This document shows, one piece after another, positions 26,631 through 36,877 of a stretch of DNA of 64,000 bases. The first letter of the stretch is position 1. The number at the start of each line of letters is the position of its first letter. This DNA is from a virus (lineage: Duplodnaviria > Heunggongvirae > Uroviricota > Caudoviricetes): positions 243,550 to 307,549 of the IMG/VR virus record IMGVR_UViG_3300020045_006153; one strand, 5' to 3'. The translations under genes were made by a program, and so were the position numbers. The notes under the pieces were generated by a model. The model had not been told where the DNA came from. It searched no databases and saw only the letters and a program-made list of their open reading frames with translations.

Positions 26631-29387
26631 ATGGCAACTCAAACTGATTTTTTAGTTAAGAAAGGATTAGTTGTACGTAATACTACAACATTTTCTACAA
26701 TCGATTCAGTATTGACTACTGATACTAATTCGCCTATGGGATTGCCTTCTCTTGATTTAGATTTTACACAAGGAATACTAGATCCTAGAGTAACATTTTT
26801 ACGCACTGGAAAAGGATCATATGTAGGGAAAGACGGATTAGTTGAATTTTCAGGTGATAACACTCCAAGATTTGATTATAGTTCAACTAGTACAGGAACT
26901 TGTTTAGGGTTGTTAATAGAACCTGCTAGTACTAATTATTTTATAGACAGTTCGAACTTATATATTAATTGGAGTATGACTAACGGTTCTATAATTTCAC
27001 AACAAGGTATTTCACCTACTGGAAATTTTGATGCAATTAAGTTAGTAGAAGCAATAACTACTAATAATAAAGAAGCATATCAAACTGGCTTTACTGTTTC
27101 GTCTGGTACATCGTATACAATAAGCGTTTATGCAAAAGAGTCAGGTCGATCACAATTTAGATTTGGATTAAGTTCTGGATATTTTTCTCTTGGAACAAAT
27201 GCATATTTTGATTTATCAAATGGCACAACAAACGGAATTTCCGGAGGATTTACAACTTCAACTATTTCTATTATAGGAAATGGTTGGTATCGTTGTTCAG
27301 CAACTTATGTTCCGATTGTATCCGGATCAACGTTAGCAATTTATTTTACATTATCCCAAGGTCTAAATACAAATTATACAGGTGACGGAATATCGAGTAT
27401 TCTATTTTGGGGACCACAACACGAGCAGCAACCTTATCCTACTTCGTATATTCCGACTACTAATAGTGCAGCAATTAGAGGTGATGACATTGCTCAATTA
27501 AATGGTTCAAATTTTACATCATGGTATAATAATGCACAAGGCACTATATATGCAGAATTTCAACAATATACTTCTCCCAATTTATCATTAAAGGGAGTAT
27601 TAGCAATATCTGACAATACATCAAATAATATATCTTCACATGTTTGGATTAATTCTCCTTCTTTAATTGTAGGGGAAGTATTTTTAAATAATGTAGGCTC
27701 GGGAAACCCTGCATTAACTAATTATGTCGGCGGCCAGGTAACTAAAGTTTCTCAATCAGTAAATGGAATTTCTAACACGTTGTTTGTAAATGGACAGAAT
27801 GCAGTCTCTGCATTAACTGGTTTTCCTAAAAAAGTTAATACATTGACAATAGGTAGTGCTAGATTTCTAGCACCATTAACTGGATGGATGCGTAGAATAA
27901 AATATTTTCCGTCAATGTTAACGGCAACTCAAAATAGAATATTAACATCGTCAACTATGTTTATTGGAAATAATTTTCCAAATGTTATTGCAGCATCTAC
28001 ATCGACTGTAATTAACGATTTTATTGTACAGCAAGGCATAGAAGTATCTCATAATTTTGAAATACCACATGTTGACTCTCTATATGTAACATTATTAGAT
28101 CGTCCTATATCGTCACCTAGTTTAACATTAAACTTTTTAAATGGAATTTTAGATTCTAAAATATCGTACACAAGATCAGGGCCAGCAACTTATGTCGGAC
28201 CATCTGGAAATATACAATATGCAACAGACAATCAGCCGAGATTTGATTACAGTGTAATCAATACAGGTACTTGTTTGGGGTTATTAATAGAAGAAAATAG
28301 AACAAACTTATATACGTATAGTACTGCATTTGAAAATACTTCAATTTGGAGTTCACCACCTGGCTCAATTATTCAACCAGGTTATGTGGGACCTGACGGA
28401 CAAACTAGTGCATACAAAATAAAAGAGACACCGGTTAGTGGAAATTTTGGAATAACTCGTCTTTCATCTTTTAATTTTACTACTAGCACTGTATATACGT
28501 TATCTGTATATGTTAAAGCAGTTGAAAATCGATATGCATATATGTGGTGGGATCAAGCATCAGGTGATGGTGCTACTATGGAAATAGATTTATTTACAGG
28601 TGCAACTAGAGTAACTAGAGCATTTGGTGCAAATTATTCTAATGTAACTTATTCGGTTGAGAATAAAGGAAATGGATGGTATAGGGGTATTATTAGAGCA
28701 AGTACTAGTAACAATGTTATTCAATTACGTATGTATATGTCTAATACTCCTTGGGTATCTGGAAATTTTGGAACACCTACATATACCGGAATTGCAGGTA
28801 ACGGAATTTTAATATGGGGTGCTCAATTAGAACAAGGGGCATTTCCGACATCGTATATTCCGTCTGGATCTTCTGTAATTACACGAGGTGCAGATACTGC
28901 ATCAATTGTAGGTAACAATTTTAACAATTGGTATAATCCAAATGAAGGGACATTATATGTAGAAGCAGATATAACTGCTGATGCAATTGCAATGGATTCG
29001 TACAGATGGCCTGTTGCTATTAAAAACATTAATGGCGGAAAAACATTAATCGGATTTTACAAAATGCCAAACAGTATGTCTTTAAGGAATAAAGCAAATA
29101 CTATGCCAAATCCGGTGGGTGCATCGAGCGTATTGTTTGAAACTGAACTAGGTACTATAACTACTGGTACTTATTTTAAATCTGCAATTGCAGTTTCATC
29201 GGGTGATAGTGCAGCAATAATGAATACTAATCCTATAACTACTTCGACTGGTTTATATATTCCGTCACCGTACGCAAATATATTAACAATAGGTCTCGGA
29301 GATATACATTGGATTGGTCATATTCGTAAAATAATATATTATCCTATTAGATTATCTAACACCGAACTACAAACCTTAACGGTATAA
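26631..29387 (+). CDS. Spike/fibre-associated protein with two tandem lectin-like (LamG/CBM-like) modules
   Basis: Two copies of PSLxLxF..PRFDYS..TGTCLGLLIE..TN..GNGWYR..WGxQxEQ..PTSYIP..W.N..GT.Y.E. Confidence 0.7.
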   Translation: MATQTDFLVKKGLVVRNTTTFSTIDSVLTTDTNSPMGLPSLDLDFTQGILDPRVTFLRTGKGSYVGKDGLVEFSGDNTPRFDYSSTSTGTCLGLLIEPASTNYFIDSSNLYINWSMTNGSIISQQGISPTGNFDAIKLVEAITTNNKEAYQTGFTVSSGTSYTISVYAKESGRSQFRFGLSSGYFSLGTNAYFDLSNGTTNGISGGFTTSTISIIGNGWYRCSATYVPIVSGSTLAIYFTLSQGLNTNYTGDGISSILFWGPQHEQQPYPTSYIPTTNSAAIRGDDIAQLNGSNFTSWYNNAQGTIYAEFQQYTSPNLSLKGVLAISDNTSNNISSHVWINSPSLIVGEVFLNNVGSGNPALTNYVGGQVTKVSQSVNGISNTLFVNGQNAVSALTGFPKKVNTLTIGSARFLAPLTGWMRRIKYFPSMLTATQNRILTSSTMFIGNNFPNVIAASTSTVINDFIVQQGIEVSHNFEIPHVDSLYVTLLDRPISSPSLTLNFLNGILDSKISYTRSGPATYVGPSGNIQYATDNQPRFDYSVINTGTCLGLLIEENRTNLYTYSTAFENTSIWSSPPGSIIQPGYVGPDGQTSAYKIKETPVSGNFGITRLSSFNFTTSTVYTLSVYVKAVENRYAYMWWDQASGDGATMEIDLFTGATRVTRAFGANYSNVTYSVENKGNGWYRGIIRASTSNNVIQLRMYMSNTPWVSGNFGTPTYTGIAGNGILIWGAQLEQGAFPTSYIPSGSSVITRGADTASIVGNNFNNWYNPNEGTLYVEADITADAIAMDSYRWPVAIKNINGGKTLIGFYKMPNSMSLRNKANTMPNPVGASSVLFETELGTITTGTYFKSAIAVSSGDSAAIMNTNPITTSTGLYIPSPYANILTIGLGDIHWIGHIRKIIYYPIRLSNTELQTLTV

Positions 29388-29420
29388 ATATACTTGCTAT
29401 GAAGTGGAAAGGGAAGCAGA

Positions 29421-30728
29421 ATGGCAACAAGCACTGATTTTATCGTTAAGAGCGGCCTTCTGATTAAGGCAAATACAACAATCCCCGATAGTACAAATTT
29501 TGTAACAACGGATATTGTTCGTGCGGTTGCTGTTCCGAGTTTAGATATAAATTTTTCCAAAACTACTTCACTTGATTCAAGGATTCAATTTAGTAGAGCA
29601 TCAATTGGATCGTATGTAGGGAAAAACGGATATATTAATTTTGCACAAGTTAATGAACCTCGTATTGAATATAGTACAACAGGTACATGCCTTGGCTTAT
29701 TAATAGAAGACCCTAGAACAAATTTATTTCTTTACTCTCAACAATTCACTAATTGGAATAAAAATAGTATATCAGTAATTGATAATGCAGGAATATCACC
29801 ATCTGGTCAATTTGATGCCTCGGTAGTTACCTGTATACCTGGTAGTGGTGCACACTTATCTCAATCAAGCATATCTCTTAATTTAGGAGTTACATATACT
29901 CTTAGTGCATTTGTAAAAGCAGGAACAACTAGTACTTTTATTGTCGAACGATATGATAATAATGGATTAGGCGGTACGGGTTATTTTACTACATTTTTTA
30001 ATGTAGCAACTGGTACTATTATTAGTAATTCTGGCAATAATATTGTTGATATTCGTCCATACCCTAACGGGTGGTTTCGAATAAGCGTTGGACGCCAAAA
30101 CGCATTAGCAGGAGTTACTCCTGGTACAATGTACATTGGTGCATATGGTCCTTCTTCAGGTAACATGTATATATGGGGCGCACAACTAGAAGCCAGTACT
30201 TTCCCTACATCTTATATACCAACTACTACTACTAATATTGCACGCCAAGGAGATGCCGTTACATTACAATATGATTCATGGTGGCCTGTTCCATCTCAAG
30301 GTTCTATGATTATTAAATTTGATAGTTTTGGTATCCCAGCAGTGCAGCGCGGCTGGTTATTTAATTACAGTGATACTGGAAATTATAGGTTATCTCTGCG
30401 AGGAAATGCAAGTTCTAATGTTTCTCAAATTGTTGCAGGTGACGGTACTGGTTCTATTGTTACACTTACTTCACTAATGACTATGACAAATTATGTAGCA
30501 TATACTGTAGGAGCATCATTTGGAGGCAATACAGTATCAATTTGTACAAATGGATCTACGGTTGCTAACGGATCAGTTACCAACAACATATTTCCTAAAT
30601 CTGCTAATCCATATGTAGAAATTGGACAAAGCGCCGCTAACAATAGCATAAACGGACATATATCTAGAATTAGGTTCTGGCCAACTCGAGTATCTGATGC
30701 TCAATTAAAATTTTTAACAACGATATAA
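29421..30728 (+). CDS. Paralog of the preceding protein (one lectin-like module)
   Basis: TATAAATA 29383-29390; the same motifs (GTCLGLLIE, NGWFR, WGAQLE, PTSYIPT). Confidence 0.7.
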   Translation: MATSTDFIVKSGLLIKANTTIPDSTNFVTTDIVRAVAVPSLDINFSKTTSLDSRIQFSRASIGSYVGKNGYINFAQVNEPRIEYSTTGTCLGLLIEDPRTNLFLYSQQFTNWNKNSISVIDNAGISPSGQFDASVVTCIPGSGAHLSQSSISLNLGVTYTLSAFVKAGTTSTFIVERYDNNGLGGTGYFTTFFNVATGTIISNSGNNIVDIRPYPNGWFRISVGRQNALAGVTPGTMYIGAYGPSSGNMYIWGAQLEASTFPTSYIPTTTTNIARQGDAVTLQYDSWWPVPSQGSMIIKFDSFGIPAVQRGWLFNYSDTGNYRLSLRGNASSNVSQIVAGDGTGSIVTLTSLMTMTNYVAYTVGASFGGNTVSICTNGSTVANGSVTNNIFPKSANPYVEIGQSAANNSINGHISRIRFWPTRVSDAQLKFLTTI

Positions 30729-30732
30729 TATT

Positions 30733-33700
30733 ATGACATATAAATTAATAGGGCCTGAGCCGTACCAAGTTCCAACTAACGCAGATTTAGGATCACTAGC
30801 ATATCAAAATAGTGACGGATTGACTTTAGGGCAATTACTTGTATCTAATACTGCTACTATTCAAGGTATTATTACTACTATTCCGGTTGCACAAAGCCAA
30901 CCGGCTACTGGACAATTAATATTATTACAACAAGTTCCTACAAATATTGCAGTAGGTCAATTAGTTTCTGGATCTACGCTTGCTGCTAATACTGTAATTT
31001 CGTCAGTTGTATCGGGTTATTCAACTGTGCAACAAACATTTACGGCAACTACTGCAACAACAATAGTTGCAATGACTGCTACTTATGGAATATCCGCCGG
31101 GCTAGTTGCATATGGTACCGGAATAACATATGGAACAACAGTTAATTCTGTTAGTTCACAATATGCGGTAACAAATTATGCAATTTCTACTTCTACTTCT
31201 AGCGGAAACGTAATATACATTAGCAATACTACAGGAATTGTTGCTAATAGTATGATTATAAATCATCCTAATATTGTTACAGGTACTATTGTTACTAGTG
31301 TAGTTAGTAACTATTCTATCACATTAAACAATGCAGTGTTAGGATCAGTTACATCGGGAGAAATTATTAATGTTGCTCCTACTGTAACATTAAGTTTGCC
31401 TATTACTGCAAATACATTAACGCAATATCTATTACTATATCCGTCAATTACTTTAAATGTAGCATCGTCTAGCCCGGTTCAACAAAATACTATATTAACA
31501 TTTTATCCTAATCCAACATCATACGACAATGCAGCATTAGTTGTAAAAAATGGTGGATTGGGAGTTGCAGGAAAAACATATTTTGCAAACACTGTTACTA
31601 TTACTTCAAATGTAAATGCAGTGAGTACTACTACTGGTGCGTTTGTAGTTGCCGGCGGCGCCGGTATAGGACGAGATTTATACGTTGGCGGAAATATATA
31701 TAAAAATGGTATAAGTATTGGGTTTGGATATAATGGGTCGTTGGGTTTCACTGGTAGTATCGGCTTTGTAGGTTCACAAGGAACAACTGGCTTTGTTGGA
31801 TCACAGGGAACAACTGGTTTTGTAGGAAGTACTGGCTTTATTGGCTCACAGGGAACAACTGGTTTTGTAGGAAGTACTGGCTTTATTGGCTCACAGGGCA
31901 CAACTGGTTTCAATGGATCACAGGGCACAACTGGCTTTATTGGCTCACAAGGAACAACTGGTTTTGTAGGAAGTACTGGCTTTATTGGCTCACAAGGAAC
32001 AACTGGTTTTGTAGGAAGTACTGGTTTCAATGGATCACAGGGCACAACTGGCTTTGTAGGTTCACAAGGAAATATTGGCTTTGTAGGTAGTACTGGCTTT
32101 ATTGGTTCACAAGGCACAACTGGTTTTGTAGGAAGTATTGGCTTTGCAGGTTCACAAGGAAATATCGGTTTTGTTGGATCACAAGGAAATATTGGCTTTG
32201 TAGGAAGTACTGGATTTATTGGTAGTACTGGCACAACTGGTTTTGTAGGTTCTAGAGGTTTTAATGGTAGTACTGGTACAACTGGTTTTGTTGGATCACA
32301 GGGAAATATTGGCTTTGTAGGTAGTACTGGCTTTATTGGTTCACAAGGCACAACTGGTTTTGTAGGAAGTATTGGCTTTGCAGGTTCACAAGGAAATATC
32401 GGTTTTGTTGGCTCACAAGGCACAACTGGTTTTGTAGGAAGTATTGGCTTTGTTGGATCACAGGGAAATATTGGCTTTGTAGGTTCACAAGGAACAACTG
32501 GTTTTGTAGGAAGTATTGGCTTTGTTGGATCACAGGGAAATATTGGCTTTGTAGGTTCACAAGGAACAACTGGTTTTGTAGGAAGTATTGGCTTTATTGG
32601 TAGTACCGGTACAACCGGATTCGTAGGTTCTAGAGGTTTTAATGGTAGTACCGGTACAACTGGTTTCAATGGCTCACAGGGAAATATTGGCTTTGTTGGT
32701 TCACAAGGCCCTACGGTATCAGCCTCACCTACTGCACTAGGCGCAGTATTTGGATATACTACTGGTAATGGAAATACTGCAATTGGGTGCAATGCGGGAA
32801 ATATTACAATGTCTGGTGCTGATAACATTGCAATTGGTAAATGTACATTGCGTGTTAACACTGTTGGATACGGTAATGTTGCAGTCGGCGCATGCTCATT
32901 ATCATGTAATACAACAGGTAATGGAAATACTGCTTTTGGTTCTTGTGCATTAGTGTGTAATTCTACGGGATATTGCAATACTGCAATTGGTATTAGTGCA
33001 TTATATGGTAACGTTGGTGGATACTATAATACTGCTATTGGTTCTAGTTCATTAGAAAATCATGAGTGTGGATTCAATAACGTTGCAGTCGGCTCGTTCT
33101 CATTAAGGTTAAATTCTTCTGGATGTAATAATACTGCTATTGGCTATAGTTCATTATGTTCAAATAGAACCGGATGTGGAAATATTGCAATTGGATCCTG
33201 CTCATTAACAGCAAATTCTTCGGGCATTAATAATACTGTCATTGGTTATCAAGCATTGGTTCTTAATATTACGGGAAATAATAATACTGCTATTGGTTAT
33301 CAAGCAGGATGCTCTGCCAACAACACAACTTTATCTGTATTTCTTGGCGGCTGGCGCGGAACAAGTTTACCTACATCGTGCATGGTTGTGTTATCAGATG
33401 GAACCGGTACAATTAAAATGTTGTTTACTGCCACCGGCGCATTAAGTATTGGCAATACTACTACTAATTTTGGATCAATTGGACAAGGGTTAGTAAGTCA
33501 AGGACCTAACACAGCACCTATTTGGTCTAACAATCCTGGCTTTACTGGTTCAAGTGGTACAGGCTTTACTGGTTCAAGTGGTACAGGCTTTACTGGTTCT
33601 GGCGGTACAGGATTTACCGGTTCAATTGGCTTTACCGGTTCTACAGGGGCAGGGTTTACTGGAAGCAGTGGCGCCGGCGGATCCTCTGCTACTCCTTCCT

Positions 33701-35085
33701 CTTTAGGTAGTGTATTTGGATATACAACAGGTAACGGAAATACTGCAATTGGATGCAATGCGGGAAATATTACAATGTCTGGTGCTAATAATATTGCAAT
33801 CGGGTATGCGGCATTGTGCTCAAATACTACAGGTGCTTGCAATATTGCAATCGGGTACGGTTCATTAAGATGGAATCTTGTAGGTGCATGTAACTTTGCA
33901 TTCGGGTCAAAATCGTTACAAGAAAATCTTACAGGCGATGCTAATATTGCAATAGGATACGGTGCTTCACAATATTCACAAGGTGCAAATGCAAATTTTG
34001 CGCTGGGAGCACGAGCATTAAATAATAATTTAACAGGTGATAATAATATTGCTATCGGCAATTGTACATTAAATTCATTATATGGAGCGTATGGAAATGT
34101 TGCAATTGGCACTAATTCAATGTACGGTAATATTACAGGAGCATGTAATGTAGCAATTGGAATTAACAGTCTTAATAATGCACTAGGTAGCAATAATACT
34201 GCTATCGGATATTGTGCAGGTCGATTAATTACTACTGGTAATAATAATACAGTTATTGGCTCATTGCCCGGCGCACCAGGCTGTGTATGTACTGTATTAA
34301 TTGGAGCAGGTACATGTGAACGTATACGTGTTGATAATAGCGGATTGTATGTTAATAATGCGTTAGTTAGTGCACTTCCTGCTACTACTGCAACATTTGG
34401 AACAGTGGTAGGTTGTACAGAAATTAGTGTATCAGGTAGTACTTTATTAGGATTAAACGCCGGTGCAAATAATAGTAGTAATAGTGGTAATGTTGCAATT
34501 GGGGTTTTAGCATTGTGTAACAATACTGCAGGATTGTATAATGTTGCAGTAGGATCAATGGCATTACTAAACAATATTACAGGGAATCTTAACGTTGCAG
34601 TAGGACAATATGCATTAAAAGATAACTGTAGCGAATTTAATGTTGCAGTAGGAGCAGCATCCTTGAGCACAAATACTCTTGGTATTGGTAATGTTGCAGT
34701 AGGGTATCTTTCTCTTTATAGCAACGTAACAGGGTCATGCAATGTTGCAATTGGCCCCGTGGCGCTCGGCGCTAATATTACAGGAAATTCTAATATTGCG
34801 ATTGGAGATTCTTCATTATACGGAAGTTTAGCAACTAGCAATATAGGAATAGGGAGCCAGTCCGGCTGTGATATCACTACTGGTAATAATAATACAGTTA
34901 TTGGCTCATTGCCCGGCGCACCAGGCTGTGTATGTACTGTATTAATTGGAGCAGGTACATGTGAACGTATACGTGTTGATAATAGCGGATTATATGTTAA
35001 TAATGCGTTAGTATCCGGGGGATCAGGCGGTGGCACAAGTTTAGGATTATCTATAGTTGCATCCGCAGGCTGGTTATTACCGTAA
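30733..35085 (+). CDS. Long fibre protein: Ser/Thr-rich N-terminus, collagen-like tract and three Cys-rich NxAIG beta-roll modules
   Basis: Gly-X-Y 31726-32709; repeated VFGYTTGNGNTAIGCNAG linker and GCVCTVLIGAGTCERIRVDNSGLYVN cap. Confidence 0.8.
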   Translation: MTYKLIGPEPYQVPTNADLGSLAYQNSDGLTLGQLLVSNTATIQGIITTIPVAQSQPATGQLILLQQVPTNIAVGQLVSGSTLAANTVISSVVSGYSTVQQTFTATTATTIVAMTATYGISAGLVAYGTGITYGTTVNSVSSQYAVTNYAISTSTSSGNVIYISNTTGIVANSMIINHPNIVTGTIVTSVVSNYSITLNNAVLGSVTSGEIINVAPTVTLSLPITANTLTQYLLLYPSITLNVASSSPVQQNTILTFYPNPTSYDNAALVVKNGGLGVAGKTYFANTVTITSNVNAVSTTTGAFVVAGGAGIGRDLYVGGNIYKNGISIGFGYNGSLGFTGSIGFVGSQGTTGFVGSQGTTGFVGSTGFIGSQGTTGFVGSTGFIGSQGTTGFNGSQGTTGFIGSQGTTGFVGSTGFIGSQGTTGFVGSTGFNGSQGTTGFVGSQGNIGFVGSTGFIGSQGTTGFVGSIGFAGSQGNIGFVGSQGNIGFVGSTGFIGSTGTTGFVGSRGFNGSTGTTGFVGSQGNIGFVGSTGFIGSQGTTGFVGSIGFAGSQGNIGFVGSQGTTGFVGSIGFVGSQGNIGFVGSQGTTGFVGSIGFVGSQGNIGFVGSQGTTGFVGSIGFIGSTGTTGFVGSRGFNGSTGTTGFNGSQGNIGFVGSQGPTVSASPTALGAVFGYTTGNGNTAIGCNAGNITMSGADNIAIGKCTLRVNTVGYGNVAVGACSLSCNTTGNGNTAFGSCALVCNSTGYCNTAIGISALYGNVGGYYNTAIGSSSLENHECGFNNVAVGSFSLRLNSSGCNNTAIGYSSLCSNRTGCGNIAIGSCSLTANSSGINNTVIGYQALVLNITGNNNTAIGYQAGCSANNTTLSVFLGGWRGTSLPTSCMVVLSDGTGTIKMLFTATGALSIGNTTTNFGSIGQGLVSQGPNTAPIWSNNPGFTGSSGTGFTGSSGTGFTGSGGTGFTGSIGFTGSTGAGFTGSSGAGGSSATPSSLGSVFGYTTGNGNTAIGCNAGNITMSGANNIAIGYAALCSNTTGACNIAIGYGSLRWNLVGACNFAFGSKSLQENLTGDANIAIGYGASQYSQGANANFALGARALNNNLTGDNNIAIGNCTLNSLYGAYGNVAIGTNSMYGNITGACNVAIGINSLNNALGSNNTAIGYCAGRLITTGNNNTVIGSLPGAPGCVCTVLIGAGTCERIRVDNSGLYVNNALVSALPATTATFGTVVGCTEISVSGSTLLGLNAGANNSSNSGNVAIGVLALCNNTAGLYNVAVGSMALLNNITGNLNVAVGQYALKDNCSEFNVAVGAASLSTNTLGIGNVAVGYLSLYSNVTGSCNVAIGPVALGANITGNSNIAIGDSSLYGSLATSNIGIGSQSGCDITTGNNNTVIGSLPGAPGCVCTVLIGAGTCERIRVDNSGLYVNNALVSGGSGGGTSLGLSIVASAGWLLP
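31726..32709 (+). repeat. Collagen-like coding tandem repeat
   Basis: Directly visible; same units as in the other two fibre genes. Confidence 0.95.
34231..35012 (+). repeat. 137-bp direct repeat (34231-34367 and 34876-35012) with one synonymous mismatch
   Basis: Base-by-base comparison; the only difference is ttg versus tta. Confidence 0.9.
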
Positions 35086-35112
35086 ATAAATATTTAATAA
35101 AGGAAATTCAAA

Positions 35113-35856
35113 ATGGCAGGAAATTCAAGTCCTATTTTTTCAAGAGTAGGTGATATACAAGGCGGCGTTTTACTTGTTGCAGCAGCAACATTAGACTATA
35201 GTGGACAAAGTGTAAATAATAATGTGTTATTTACGGCTGATGCAACTAACGGGGGATTTGTACAAAAAATTAGATTTAAATCTACGGGTACAAATGTAGC
35301 AACAGTTGCCCGTATATACCATAATAATGGAAATCAACGGATTGCAACTGCGATTGCTGCACCAGCGGGCACACCTACTGGAACTCCGTCTACTACCGGC
35401 GGAACATTGTATGCTGGAAACTTTTTTGCAAAAATAGTAGCAGTTGATCAATATGGCGGATTTACTGTGCCATCTACTGAATCTGCATCTGTAGCAATAA
35501 CCGGTCAAACTGGATCTATTACATGGGCATGGACTGCATCAACCGGCGCTGTGAGTTATAGAGTATATACTGGACCTGTTACTGGCGGTCAAGTTACATA
35601 TTTTACAACTACGTCTAATTCATTAGTTCAAACAACTACAATTGGCACACGAGATTCTATCAGCAATATTCAAAATAACAATACATTAATCGGTGAAGTT
35701 TCACTACCTGCAACTACTGCAATTGCAACCGCAGCAACGGTTGATATTGACTATACGTTAAATATTGCATTGCCACCTTCTAACAGACTATTAATTGGTA
35801 TAGGAACTGCGGTAGCAGCAGGTTGGTTTGCAACAGCAATCGGTGGAGCATATTAA
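35113..35856 (+). CDS. Fibre-tip/accessory structural protein
   Basis: TAAATA 35083, SD AAGGA; Thr/Ala/Gly-rich with an FN3-like WTASTGAVSYRVY stretch. Confidence 0.6.
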   Translation: MAGNSSPIFSRVGDIQGGVLLVAAATLDYSGQSVNNNVLFTADATNGGFVQKIRFKSTGTNVATVARIYHNNGNQRIATAIAAPAGTPTGTPSTTGGTLYAGNFFAKIVAVDQYGGFTVPSTESASVAITGQTGSITWAWTASTGAVSYRVYTGPVTGGQVTYFTTTSNSLVQTTTIGTRDSISNIQNNNTLIGEVSLPATTAIATAATVDIDYTLNIALPPSNRLLIGIGTAVAAGWFATAIGGAY

Positions 35857-36815
35857 TGTTAGATTTTAGCCATGTCCCAAACAATCCTAATGTAGATATT
35901 CAAGTATTTCAAGGAGGGGCTTCTGTTAATTTTACACAATGGAAGCAATGGACCAAGCCTCGCGGTGTAAACATGGTTTACATGCTAGGTGTAGGTGGCG
36001 GTAGTTCTGGAGGAGTTGGGTTAAATTCAGCAACTACTTCTGGTGGCGGCGCAGGTGGCGGATCAGGTGCACAATCTTCATTGCTTATTCCGGCAATGTT
36101 TTTACCTGATCGATTATATATACAAACCGGCCAAGGTGGTAAGCAACCAACAACGTTAGTGTCTGCTGCATTAGGAGTAGCCGGGGTAGCCACATATGTT
36201 TCAATTGAACCTGGATTAGCATCAGTACCTGCAACATATGTGTTAGTAGCAGCGGGCGGCACAGTCACTGGTGCAGCAGCAACTGCTACTACAGGTGGCG
36301 CTGCAGGCGGCGCAGCGGCAGCACCTACATTAGCCGGTCAACCATTATCTGGTCGAGGACAATATAGTTTTATAGCAGGACAGGTCGGCGCAGCAGGTGG
36401 CACAAGTACTGCTGGCGGTGGCTCTATTACTCCACCTACTACTGGATTAATGGTAACGGCCGGCGCCGGCGGCGCAGGAACAGGTGGCGCAACTCCATTT
36501 ACTGGAGGCGGATTTTTACAACCTACTAGTAGTCTAGGGACCTATTTCCCTCCAATTATAGGTGGCGCAGCAGCGTCTGGTGCTGTTCCTGCAGGTAACG
36601 GCAGCGGAGGATTAATTGTACCAAATTATATTATGCATTACGGCGGTGCAGGAGGCGGATCTGCAAATGCCACAGCAGGCGGAAATGCTGGTTGGGGCGG
36701 AAATGGCGCGCCGGGCGCAGGTGGTGGAGGTGGCGGCGGCGCAAACACCACCAATGTAACATTAGGTAGACCTGGAAACGGTGGCGACGGATTTCTAATT
36801 ATATATTGCTGGTAA
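35856..36815 (+). CDS. Glycine-rich adhesin-like protein (polyglycine runs)
   Basis: ATG at 35856 overlaps the upstream TAA; WTKPRGV..GGG..GG and terminal GNGGDGFLIIYCW. Confidence 0.65.
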   Translation: MLDFSHVPNNPNVDIQVFQGGASVNFTQWKQWTKPRGVNMVYMLGVGGGSSGGVGLNSATTSGGGAGGGSGAQSSLLIPAMFLPDRLYIQTGQGGKQPTTLVSAALGVAGVATYVSIEPGLASVPATYVLVAAGGTVTGAAATATTGGAAGGAAAAPTLAGQPLSGRGQYSFIAGQVGAAGGTSTAGGGSITPPTTGLMVTAGAGGAGTGGATPFTGGGFLQPTSSLGTYFPPIIGGAAASGAVPAGNGSGGLIVPNYIMHYGGAGGGSANATAGGNAGWGGNGAPGAGGGGGGGANTTNVTLGRPGNGGDGFLIIYCW

Positions 36816-36877
36816 TAAAATATTTCCTAATATAAAACTTACACTAAATTATAGTGTAAACTAATCCTAAAGGAAAT

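Noticed and set aside
18821-32709. Repeat arrays as CRISPR arrays
   Set aside because: Units are multiples of 3 nt, degenerate at third codon positions, lack unique spacers and lie within ORFs; no cas genes.
34231-35012. 137-bp repeat as a DGR template/variable repeat pair
   Set aside because: Only one synonymous mismatch, both copies are coding, and there is no reverse transcriptase in the window.
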